Source: a virus. Taken from it: a DNA stretch of 64,000 bases. The notes under the pieces are model-generated. The model saw nothing but the letters and a program-made list of their open reading frames with translations. It did not search any database and was not told where the DNA came from. The translations under genes were made by a program, and so were the position numbers. Location of the stretch: the IMG/VR virus record IMGVR_UViG_3300030107_001603, positions 3,637-67,636 of that record. One strand, 5' to 3'. Below are positions 10,901-19,700 of this stretch, piece after piece (the stretch's first letter is position 1; each line of letters starts with the position of its first letter).

Positions 10901-11926
10901 GTAATATCAACAAATAAAGTTTTAGGTGATATAACTTCTTTTAAAGGTGAGTTTGGTATATCTAAAAATCCAGAATCTTATGCTGAAGATGGATTTAGAA
11001 TGTATTGCACAGACAGACAAAGAGGTAAAGTTCTTAGAATATCTGGAGACGGAATAACACCTATATCAGAAGTGGGTATGGTTAACTACTTTGCTAATAA
11101 CTTAAAACAAAATAGAGTTTTATTAGGAACTTTTGACGATAAAAAACAAGAGTACAATCTTACGTTAAAAAACCAAGGGAAAACATTATCTTTTAGTGAG
11201 AAAGCTAAAGGTTGGACTAGTTTTAAAAGTTTTATACCTGAAAGCGGGTTGAGTATAAATAATGATTTCTTTACATTTAAAAATGGTTTTATATGGAAAC
11301 ATCACGCAAACCAAATACGAAACAATTTCTACGATAGACCATATGATTCTTATTTAGACGTTGTGTTTAATGAAGAGTCTAGTACTGTTAAAAGTTTTGC
11401 TTCTATGAGATATGAAGGAACTCAATCAAAAATAACACAAAATAGAGGCACAACGGTAAATGGAGTTATCTATAGAGACAATGAATACTATAATAACGAA
11501 GGACACGATGGGTGGTATGTAGAAAAAGGATTTACAGATCTACAAGAGTCTGGTGAAATGGAGTTTAAAAGTAAAGAAGGAAAATGGTTTTCTTATATGA
11601 AAGGTAAGGCTGTTGAAAACGCTGGAGATTTAAATAGTAAAGAATTTTCTTTCCAAGGTATAGATAGATTAAGTTCAATCGTTGCTTACAGTGACTCTGG
11701 CGTAATTATACCTCCACCACCACCTCCTCCTCCACCTCCTCCTCCTCCTACACCACCACCGCCGCCAGTAGTACCACCAGTAGTACCACCAATAACAGTA
11801 GCACCACCAGTAACACCACCGGTACCACCAGTAACACCACCAGTACCGCCAGTAACGCCACCGATAGCACCATCGGCGCCAACGAGTTTCACGATAACAG
11901 TTCAAGATTTTGGAGATATAGACTAA
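7979..11926 (+). CDS. Tail stabilization/nozzle protein, C-terminal half, with Pro-rich tail
   Basis: 'SLKSQRTYQVGVVYKDIYGRETPV', 'FGNGVESDRIRDDFN', 'GWTSFKSF', 'KEGKWF' motifs. Confidence 0.6.
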   Translation: MAAGPTSPTTTSASSTPTKINIDATVQSKPSDSSLVGQQSLKSQRTYQVGVVYKDIYGRETPVFTSGKGSFTVPKTLSDKRNSIIAQLKNDAPSWVDTFKFFVKETSNEYYNACMDRWYDAEDDNLWLSFPSAERNKIKEDGFIILKKKAASDDAVYEEARYKVIDIKNEAPDDIKTDYELYGTDTIQIMQNGALPGSKTIKFSIDGGNDWDGSVFYDVLKTGISAGTKVAGETDTGFIGWPLENVVIKIADSKGINTGWLDVANMYVESDLFVELSKPLRGESDGTTITTGSPISTIIPDPNDASGKDVIVKIAKRVVKNKAEFDGKFFVKIARDAILDKNIREIGNVTANFSVTMQVDQYYLTRNSGSGGSAVSAAESYWGSVGQAWFIDEAERGEVGSQTGTVNYKGPFPRDNGFGILGNGPGKRTGDSQESLQCTMELTLNRIKDKNKDGYSISNNTQSNQDFFNKMKESGTLFRWQEDPYQHIYRVSTCALSSDQNTTKGPPDKSWKRGILNFSSNKNDRKQRKNKSIRLYLKFTLTGWKLGKINATSGELEAADQSDADAKYYFFEDDEGLAPFNYKGSYVAPNASTSTIEWNPTKRGYGEYATATGDPSYSNSITGSAWRSIAQGSSLTGTTSSTGFGYHNTLQIVDIVVGDQEPVFTKDPAIWETEPREDVGLDIYYEASQAYPTKLTNQTNELFAPYGCVVTTADSIDVNQGVTPVDNKSFYLPNDKDTYLWDWAPTGYGGNVLVLSAKANEVGYIDSGSTVTPPPNLITPGSGTLAYLNTHMRGIELRFTRLDGSYTTAKVKEYSTWTHSGPFIDPTHPVYSGTGEERIKITLERDLSKSKILLPYFNCYSFGNGVESDRIRDDFNAVTIGKGVKASTVLPEVYKEEQRTNGLIYSGIYNPNSNKNNLNQFIAAEKITKDVPPTYGDIQKLKARDTNLVAFCEDKILKIQAYKDALYKADGNPDVISTNKVLGDITSFKGEFGISKNPESYAEDGFRMYCTDRQRGKVLRISGDGITPISEVGMVNYFANNLKQNRVLLGTFDDKKQEYNLTLKNQGKTLSFSEKAKGWTSFKSFIPESGLSINNDFFTFKNGFIWKHHANQIRNNFYDRPYDSYLDVVFNEESSTVKSFASMRYEGTQSKITQNRGTTVNGVIYRDNEYYNNEGHDGWYVEKGFTDLQESGEMEFKSKEGKWFSYMKGKAVENAGDLNSKEFSFQGIDRLSSIVAYSDSGVIIPPPPPPPPPPPPPTPPPPPVVPPVVPPITVAPPVTPPVPPVTPPVPPVTPPIAPSAPTSFTITVQDFGDID
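11711..11882 (+). repeat. Coding poly-Pro / PPV(T/V) repeat
   Basis: CCT/CCA runs followed by (GTAACA)CCACCA-type units. Confidence 0.9.
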
Positions 11927-11932
11927 ACAATT

Positions 11933-12454
11933 ATGGCAAATATATATACAGTAAACACATTAACAACGATTGATATTCCAACTGATATTGGATTATTAGA
12001 TAACGCTTCTAGTTTTCCACCTTCAAGTAATAATTTTTTAACAATAACACCTAACGTAGGTCAAAATATAATGGCAGCAGGGTTTAAAGTTGGAAATGCT
12101 GTTGCGCCGATGAGTATGAGTTTATTCGGTGTTGGAGATAGTCAAACACAATGGCCATCAAAAATAGAATGGAAAGTTCAAAACCCATATACTAGTGGAA
12201 TGCCTTTTTATAAGATAGTTTTTCAAGATTCTGATAACTTAGTTAACGATGTTAATTTTACGGCGAGTAGTACTAATCAGGTATTTGTTTGGATATACTT
12301 TGGGGTTAACGAAACGGTGCCTATAACTAGTCAGTCTAATTTAAGTGTTTTTGTTGATATAGATTTTGATCAAGATATTATAACACGTACAGAAACATTA
12401 CCTAGAACACACTCAGATAACACTGTGGGTGGAATAAATACTTTTAATATATAA
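11933..12454 (+). CDS. Putative tail protein
   Basis: Beta-rich ORF in the tail operon. Confidence 0.45.
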   Translation: MANIYTVNTLTTIDIPTDIGLLDNASSFPPSSNNFLTITPNVGQNIMAAGFKVGNAVAPMSMSLFGVGDSQTQWPSKIEWKVQNPYTSGMPFYKIVFQDSDNLVNDVNFTASSTNQVFVWIYFGVNETVPITSQSNLSVFVDIDFDQDIITRTETLPRTHSDNTVGGINTFNI

Positions 12455-12455
12455 T

Positions 12456-13676
12456 ATGTCTATAACTAAAACAATATCTCAAGCAGGAGAAACAAGAACT
12501 ATAAAACTTAGTGGTAATCCAAACTCTAAGTTTGAAATATACGTTAAACAAGGTAGTAACTATTATAATTTTGATACGGATAGTTTTACACCTGCTATTA
12601 ACATTCTTAAAAATCAGTCAATTCCGTCTAATGGATTATATACTAAAGATATAATAATACCATCTGTTACAAGTAACACAAGTTATGATTTTTTTGTTAG
12701 ACCTATTGGAGAAACTAAATTAAACGTTAGAACAACTCCTGATCAAAAAATAGGTACTTTATATCAAAAGGGAACTGCTACAGCTACATTTACTACCACA
12801 GATGATACAACTTTAAGTATACACTCTGATTTAACTGGGGCGACAGCAACTAAAAAAGGTAAAGTAGTAAGTCAAACTGGGGCAGTGACAGAGCAAGATG
12901 GTAACTTAGTATATGTACACAGTCTTCCTACTTGGGATAAAGAAACTGGAGGTGCTTGGACTAACTCAAGAACGGTTCAACAAAAAATAACACATGGAAG
13001 TGGAACTGTTTGGTATGTAGAAGATGGAACAAATATAGTTTCTGGTCACGCGGTTGTAGGAGGTGGGATTATTGACGAGATAACAGTTTCCGCTATAAGT
13101 GGGAATAAAGTAACTTTATCAGCCGCGCAAGATTTAGATGTGGGAAAATTATTAACTTTTTCATATAGAGAATGGATATTTTCTAATGTTTCTGCATCTG
13201 TAAAACCAACCAGCGGAACAACGTCTGTTCAACTTACGAATAATGTAACGGTTGAAAAAGTAGGTATAGGAAATGTTACAGTTGAATTAGATATTGACGA
13301 ATATATAAGTGTTAAGCCAAACGCGTTCCCAGTAAATAATGTAAAATGTCCTGCTGGGGGTTCGATGGAGATTGTTGCAGCTAACGAATGTACTAATTAT
13401 CTAGGTGAGCTAGGTGACAATGACGCAAATGTAGCGACAAAAACTTTTAAAGTTCATTCAATACCTAGTGGTAGCACTTCAAGTACCGATCTTGGTTATG
13501 GTACTTTAGATCTAGCAGCTGACGCTACTATGACAGATTCAATTGTTGCGTACACAGCTCACGCAGCGATGGTCCCAGGAGATACAGATTACTTTTATTA
13601 TAAAACAGTAGATGCCCAATCAACACCAGTAACAAGTTCGTTAACTCAAGGAAAAATATCAATAACAATAGTATAA
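12456..13676 (+). CDS. Putative tail/fiber-associated protein
   Basis: T/S/G-rich, beta-rich, Ig-like C-terminus. Confidence 0.5.
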   Translation: MSITKTISQAGETRTIKLSGNPNSKFEIYVKQGSNYYNFDTDSFTPAINILKNQSIPSNGLYTKDIIIPSVTSNTSYDFFVRPIGETKLNVRTTPDQKIGTLYQKGTATATFTTTDDTTLSIHSDLTGATATKKGKVVSQTGAVTEQDGNLVYVHSLPTWDKETGGAWTNSRTVQQKITHGSGTVWYVEDGTNIVSGHAVVGGGIIDEITVSAISGNKVTLSAAQDLDVGKLLTFSYREWIFSNVSASVKPTSGTTSVQLTNNVTVEKVGIGNVTVELDIDEYISVKPNAFPVNNVKCPAGGSMEIVAANECTNYLGELGDNDANVATKTFKVHSIPSGSTSSTDLGYGTLDLAADATMTDSIVAYTAHAAMVPGDTDYFYYKTVDAQSTPVTSSLTQGKISITIV

Positions 13677-13677
13677 C

Positions 13678-14064
13678 ATGCCAACAGCCGAATTAACCTT
13701 TCCAAATAACATAAATGTTTCAGTACAACATTATGCTGATGCAACTCCAGCTAATCCATATGGAGCAGATATAATTTATTATAGTCAAGTAGTACCACCT
13801 CCACCTAATGGAACACATAATACAGCTCCTACAATACGAGAGTTAGGACCGATTATAGCTATAAGTGGAAATACTATAACTGTTAGTTATGATAGTTCTA
13901 CTCCTTTACCTGGTCCAAATGACTTTATAATGTTCGCTAAAGCTAGAGAATCTAACATGTCTAGTTTATTGGGCTACTTCGCTGAATTTAGAATAAGGAA
14001 TAACTCAACTGAAAAGGCAGAAATGTACTCTATCTCCGTGGATGTCACGGACAGTAGTAAATAA
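13678..14064 (+). CDS. Putative structural protein
   Basis: Tightly coupled last ORF of the tail operon. Confidence 0.45.
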   Translation: MPTAELTFPNNINVSVQHYADATPANPYGADIIYYSQVVPPPPNGTHNTAPTIRELGPIIAISGNTITVSYDSSTPLPGPNDFIMFAKARESNMSSLLGYFAEFRIRNNSTEKAEMYSISVDVTDSSK

Positions 14065-14067
14065 TTT

Positions 14068-14087
14068 AAAAAAAGTGTGACTATATA
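14068..14087 (+). promoter_or_regulatory. Class-2 promoter-like motif (A-tract, YGTRA, TATA-like)
   Basis: AAAAAAAGTGTGACTATATA; similar sites at 28943, 44734(-) and 55373. Confidence 0.45.
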
Positions 14088-14107
14088 GGTGTAATTTAAT
14101 TAAATCT

Positions 14108-14581
14108 ATGGAGTTAGAAAAGAGTAAAAAAGTATCTATAACTAAACAGGAGTTAATAGATATAGAAAAGACTTTAATAAGTCTTGCAGATGGTGAAAAT
14201 ATAATAGCTAACAACGGGAATATAGTTTACCATGAAAAATATAAATATAAACACACATTTGCAGATAGTATTTATGTTAGAGAAATGACGATACAACAAG
14301 GAGAGATAATAATGGGAGCTATACATAAACATCTACATGTATGGTTTTTGTTATCTGGAAATGTATCTGTGTTATCTAACGGCGAACTGAAAGAATATCA
14401 AGCGCCATGTACAGTTTTATCTGAGTCTGGCGTTAAAAGAATTATATATGGAAACGAGGAATCAATATTCACAAACGTCCATAAAAACCCAACTAATACA
14501 CAAGATATTAAAGAACTAGAAAAACAAATAGTGGCTTTAAATTATGAAGAATATGAAGAATATATTAATAAAAACAAATAG
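14108..14581 (+). CDS. Cupin-fold protein
   Basis: 'HTFADSIYVREM...GAIHKHLH' cupin-like pattern common before ejection genes. Confidence 0.6.
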   Translation: MELEKSKKVSITKQELIDIEKTLISLADGENIIANNGNIVYHEKYKYKHTFADSIYVREMTIQQGEIIMGAIHKHLHVWFLLSGNVSVLSNGELKEYQAPCTVLSESGVKRIIYGNEESIFTNVHKNPTNTQDIKELEKQIVALNYEEYEEYINKNK

Positions 14582-14584
14582 ATT

Positions 14585-15364
14585 ATGAGTTTCGTAATAG
14601 CAGGAGCGGCAATCGCTGGAACAGCTGGACTTGTAAAAACAATTTCAGGTGGTGTTCAAAGAAGAAACGCTAAAAACAGACAAGCAGACGCTAAGGCTCA
14701 AATGGAAAAAGATAAGGATGCTTATATGAACGCGCCTATCACAAATCCATATGACAACATGGAAAACACGATGGAAGATCTAACTGTAAATACTCAAGCA
14801 GCGGATTTTGCAGCACAAAAATCTGAACAAGCTAGAGCTGATATTATGCAAAATATGTCTTCAGCGGCTGGAGGTAGTGGTATAGCGGCTTTAGCACAAA
14901 CTATGGCTAACACGGCTAATCAAGAAGCGCAAGCGGCCTCAGCTACTATAGCTAGTCAAGAAGCTAAAAATCAAGCAGCTGAAAGACAAGAAGCTGGAAA
15001 CATACAGGAGTTACAAGCCAAAGGTGATGCTCAAGTTGAAAACTTAAAGAGAGATAGAATGGCAACACAGTTAGGAATGTCACAAGCAGAAGTACAAGCA
15101 GAGGGTCAAAACGTAGCAGATGCTAACGCGATGATGATGTCTGGTATAAGTGATATGGCTGGAGCAGCTGGATCGTTAGTTAGTAACTGGGAAGGAATAA
15201 AAGGTAAAAAAAAACTAGTTAATCCCGGTACAACTGATTTATCAAATTCAAACCTTAGTTTAGGTTCTGAAAATTCTATTCTTAATACTAGTACGGTTAA
15301 CTCATTTGATCCTAACGATCCGTTTGGAGTTAATAGAATCAACAATTTGAAAATAACAAGATAA
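14585..15364 (+). CDS. Putative ejection (internal virion) protein
   Basis: A/Q/G-rich helical protein with hydrophobic Gly/Ala N-terminus. Confidence 0.6.
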   Translation: MSFVIAGAAIAGTAGLVKTISGGVQRRNAKNRQADAKAQMEKDKDAYMNAPITNPYDNMENTMEDLTVNTQAADFAAQKSEQARADIMQNMSSAAGGSGIAALAQTMANTANQEAQAASATIASQEAKNQAAERQEAGNIQELQAKGDAQVENLKRDRMATQLGMSQAEVQAEGQNVADANAMMMSGISDMAGAAGSLVSNWEGIKGKKKLVNPGTTDLSNSNLSLGSENSILNTSTVNSFDPNDPFGVNRINNLKITR

Positions 15365-16743
15365 TGGCGGAAACAAATAATCCTTACCAGGACAAAATAG
15401 ACAAAGATATAAAGAATTTAGTTAAGTTGAAAGCTGGTACAGCTAATCAACAGCTAATTAACGCTGCTTATTTAGGGGCCAGACAAGAACCGCCAGCTGC
15501 TATGGATTGGTTAAACGCAGCCCAAAGTGGTTTAACTTCTTTTACTACGGCTCTAGCAGAAGGTAAGGCTGCTAGACAAAAAGAGATAGATGTAATGAAT
15601 GGAGACATTGATTCTCAAATTGACACTCTAATTACATCTGGTTTTTCGCTAGGTGAAAATTATTATAGTGCAGCTAATGAATATACGAAGCAGTTAAGAG
15701 AAAAGTTCTTGGCGGCAGAAGGAGATCCAGAACTGCAAAATAAAATAAAAATGGAGTTAAATGTAGCTTCTCAATCTATAGCAGGTACAAAAACAGCTAT
15801 TGAAGAAATTGCTACCGCGTGGGGAACTAATCCAGATGAATCAGACTTAGAGAGAAATGGATTAAGTCCGAAACAACTAGATATAATAAAAACAGTAACC
15901 GCTCCTAATGGAGCTAATGCTATTTGGGATTATAATAAAAACACATTTGTTTGGCAAGACCCAAACGATCCTAGTAAAATATATACCGTAAAAGACGTTC
16001 AAGATATACAAAAGCAATACAGCAGAGATTACGCAGGTAAAGAGCGGTATATAAAAGACGAGCAAGCAGAAAGAGAATTTGGTTTAGCGTACAAACAAGG
16101 AGAACAAGGTGCTGAGGCTTTTAATTTTGAGAAAAAATTACTTAACAACGAAAAACGTATAACAAAAGAAAATGTTAACTTTTATATAAATGGTGACTTT
16201 ACAAACGATGGTACTCCGAATTTTAAAGAAACATTTAAAAACCACCCAGACTTTGATTTAACAAAAGAAGGTAATCCAATTTCTAAAGCATTAACAGAGT
16301 CTGGTAAATATCTAGATAGACCGGGTAGTCCAAAAGGATTTGATCTTACAGATATGCCAGATCCAACTCCAAGCGACGGCGTGTATACAGAAGATGATCT
16401 TTTAAAACTTAGAAACGATGTTTACAATGCTGTTACTGATCCGGATGCGAATGGTTACAATTTTGAAATTACTAAAAAATTAATTGCAGAATACATGACG
16501 TTGAGACAAGAGAGTAATTTTTACGGTGGTAAGAAAAGCGATCTAGTTAAAATTGACCCTAGAAACTATAAAGATTTAGATTCGTTTAAAGACGCTGGAG
16601 GAAACGTTGGATTCGCTAAAGCTAATGGTTATAGATATCAAAAAGAAGTTAAAAACGCACGTGGAAAAGTAACGACAAAAGCTGGTTGGATATACGAACC
16701 TCAAAATGACTTACACAACGCTTTTGTAGGAACTGTTCTTTAA
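15364..16743 (+). CDS. Putative ejection (internal virion) protein
   Basis: Second of three increasingly large genes after the tail module. Confidence 0.5.
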   Translation: MAETNNPYQDKIDKDIKNLVKLKAGTANQQLINAAYLGARQEPPAAMDWLNAAQSGLTSFTTALAEGKAARQKEIDVMNGDIDSQIDTLITSGFSLGENYYSAANEYTKQLREKFLAAEGDPELQNKIKMELNVASQSIAGTKTAIEEIATAWGTNPDESDLERNGLSPKQLDIIKTVTAPNGANAIWDYNKNTFVWQDPNDPSKIYTVKDVQDIQKQYSRDYAGKERYIKDEQAEREFGLAYKQGEQGAEAFNFEKKLLNNEKRITKENVNFYINGDFTNDGTPNFKETFKNHPDFDLTKEGNPISKALTESGKYLDRPGSPKGFDLTDMPDPTPSDGVYTEDDLLKLRNDVYNAVTDPDANGYNFEITKKLIAEYMTLRQESNFYGGKKSDLVKIDPRNYKDLDSFKDAGGNVGFAKANGYRYQKEVKNARGKVTTKAGWIYEPQNDLHNAFVGTVL

Positions 16744-16757
16744 ATAATATAATATAA

Positions 16758-19700
16758 ATGGATAACTTACAGTATTTACATAATACATTACTTGATTATA
16801 AATTATTAGATAAGAGTTTTGAAGAGTTTAAGACAGCTTCTTCAGATAAAACTTATCAACAAAAAATATTTCAAGAAACTTCTAGTAGAGGTATGTTCGA
16901 TGGATCATTTGTAGATTTTCAAAACAAATACTTTCCTATACAAGCTGCTGCTGTTACTCCAACAACTACTCCTAAAACAAAATCCAAATCTAAAAAGAAA
17001 GAAGAAGAAATTACAATTTCTGAACAAGAAGAAATTAATGCTAGAGAAAAATCTATTAATTCTAATTTTTGGAAAAATCAAAGTTATAAATCACCTAGTC
17101 GAGGTACAGTTGCTGTAAGTAGAGAAGATTATTATCAAGAAGATGGTAAATGGTTTTATAAAGATCCTATAACAAGTGACGTTAAAGAAATTACAAAAGG
17201 AGATCATTTTGAAGAGCTTAATAACGAGGAAGCGAGATATAGAAATAATCTCCTTAACATAAGAAATCAAAAAGAACTTAGATCAAAAGGATTACATATT
17301 GATCAGGAGCCTAACGTTAAAGATTTAAACGAGGATGGAACTCCAAAATACTGGGGAGGTGAAAAAGTAGGTGACAAACCCTTCTTAGGAGATAAATTTA
17401 ATAAAGATCTTAGTGATTTTAGAAAGGCTAGAAAAAAACTTAAAACATCTCAAAAAGGATCAACTGTAAGCGGTAAGGCTTTAGAGATACAACAAAAAGT
17501 AAAAAAAGAAACTTCTAGTTATAACAACAAAAGGAAAGATTTAATTGTTAAAATAAATGAAGCTGAGGATGGTAGTAAAGAAAAATTAAACTTACAAGAA
17601 GAATTAAAAAACTTAACATCAGAACACAAATCTAAAATCGGTGGTATAGATAAGGAAGAACGTAAAAGAAGTGGATTTAAAAACATGCCTGTGATTACTG
17701 AAGAGCTTATAGACATGGATGACAACGAAAGTCTAGAAGTTTTTTACGATAAGTATAAACAATATGGATTTAAATTCGCGGCAGACGCGTGGTCGGGTGA
17801 CGAAATAACAGTTACAGCTCCAGTTGATTTAGATGGAGACGGTAAATTAGACACTAGAACTTTTAGTGTTGATCACTGGTCTTCTTCAAGAGACAAGCAA
17901 CAAGCAGAGGATATGGACACGTGGATGCGTGAAAGAGCTGTTGATATGGGAAGTAGGATAGAAGGATTATATTATACAACCGCGTTAGACGAAGAAGACA
18001 AAAGAGACAATGCGATTAAAACAGAGTCGGAGGTTGTCGAGATGATAAATAGAGAAAGAGAAGGTCGGGAACACATGGAAATGGAGGACATTCGGGGTGG
18101 TGGAAACGCTGTATGGTTAGAAGCACCGACAGGTGGTGGTAGTTGGTATAATAGAGATACTGGTGAGATGGGACCTTGGCAACCATCTATGAATGAGAAG
18201 CAAACTTTCATAGATCCTATTTATGGAGATACCATTGAATTATCTACTGGAGGAAGCGTTCTTGATGATAGTAGAAGTTATGGAGAGAAAGAAGAATTTG
18301 TGGATAAATACAGTTTAAACGAGAATAATCCAATTTTTAAAAATGCTGTTGAAAACGCTGCTTTTGCAAGAGTTAAAGAAAATTATCCAGAATTAAAAGA
18401 TCTAGATAATGGAGATATATTCAAGTTTCACAAAGACAAGTTTGAAGAAGCTAAACTAAAAGTAAAAGAAGAGTGGGATAATTTAACTGGAATGGATGTT
18501 GATGATTACGATCCAGATAATCATCTAAATGAAGAGGAGCTTGAAGCACTAAAAGAATCAGAAGTATACAAACAACTTGTAAAGACAGCTTCCTATGTTA
18601 ACCAAAAAGAAATTATAAAGGAACGTGTTTCAGACGAAATAGAAAACATGGGTGGTGGTGAATGGTTTGGGATGTTTGCAAGAGGTGAATCTCAAGAAAA
18701 ACTAGCTAAAGAAGTAGGAGAAGAGGTAGAAAAATATCAAGCTCGAATAGATTATATAAATAATAGTTCGGATGTTTTAGGTGCGGAATTAGAAAGGATA
18801 AAAGGAGATGGAAAAACCTTTGGTTTAGAATATGAAGCTAAATGGCTAAAAGAGAATGAGGGAAAATTAAAAAATAAAATACAAGAAATTCAAAGTAAGT
18901 TTGACAGGGGAGAGATAAATGAAGATCAAGCTAATGCTGAGATATCAAGTTTAATAGAAGAATTTAATACTCATTACGATAGATACGAGAACATGGTACA
19001 TAACCAATCAGCTTTAGCTGAAACAGCTATTTCTCTACAATTAGAAGCTGAAGATGTTCTTAAAAAAGAAGATGACTTAAAGACTATAGTAGATGTATTA
19101 AAAAGAAACCATCAATGGGGCACTCAAGTAGTAAACTCTCTAGGTCACGCAACCATAGATTTACTACAGGGATTATCGTCAGCCGCGGAAGGTCTTCTTT
19201 ATTATGTAAATCCATTTGGTAGACTAGGAGATTATCTGGTTCAATCAGGAGCCATTGAAAATGAAGTATTAAAAGCCTTTGTAGATGTTGGTCAGTACGC
19301 AACCGGAGTTGGTGATGCGTCAGAGCGTTTTGATGACAATCCAACTACTACATCATACTCAGAATGGATACATGGAAAGATAGATGGATGGCAAGAGTCT
19401 AACAAAGCTTTAGTCCAAGAACCTCCTAAATTTGGTGATATACAATCTTTTTCTGATTTTGGAGAATGGGCGGGGGTTATGATGGGTAACCAAGCTCCTC
19501 AACTAGCGTTAATGTTCGCTACAGGTGGACAGTCGGCTTGGATTCAAGGTACTTTAATGGCCGCGACAGCCGGTGGGCAAAAGTTCATGGGAATGGAAGA
19601 GCAGAAAAAACTATATGAAGAATCAGCTGGGCTTTACGGTAACAACTTCAATTTTGATCAAATGTTTTGGAGTAGCGCTGCGGTTGGTTTAGCAGAGTCT

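Noticed and set aside
17820-17855. 'DLDGDG' in the giant protein as a virion RNA polymerase catalytic motif
   Set aside because: The context (PVDLDGDGKLD) fits a Ca-binding DxDGDG loop; no double-psi-barrel motifs were recognised around it
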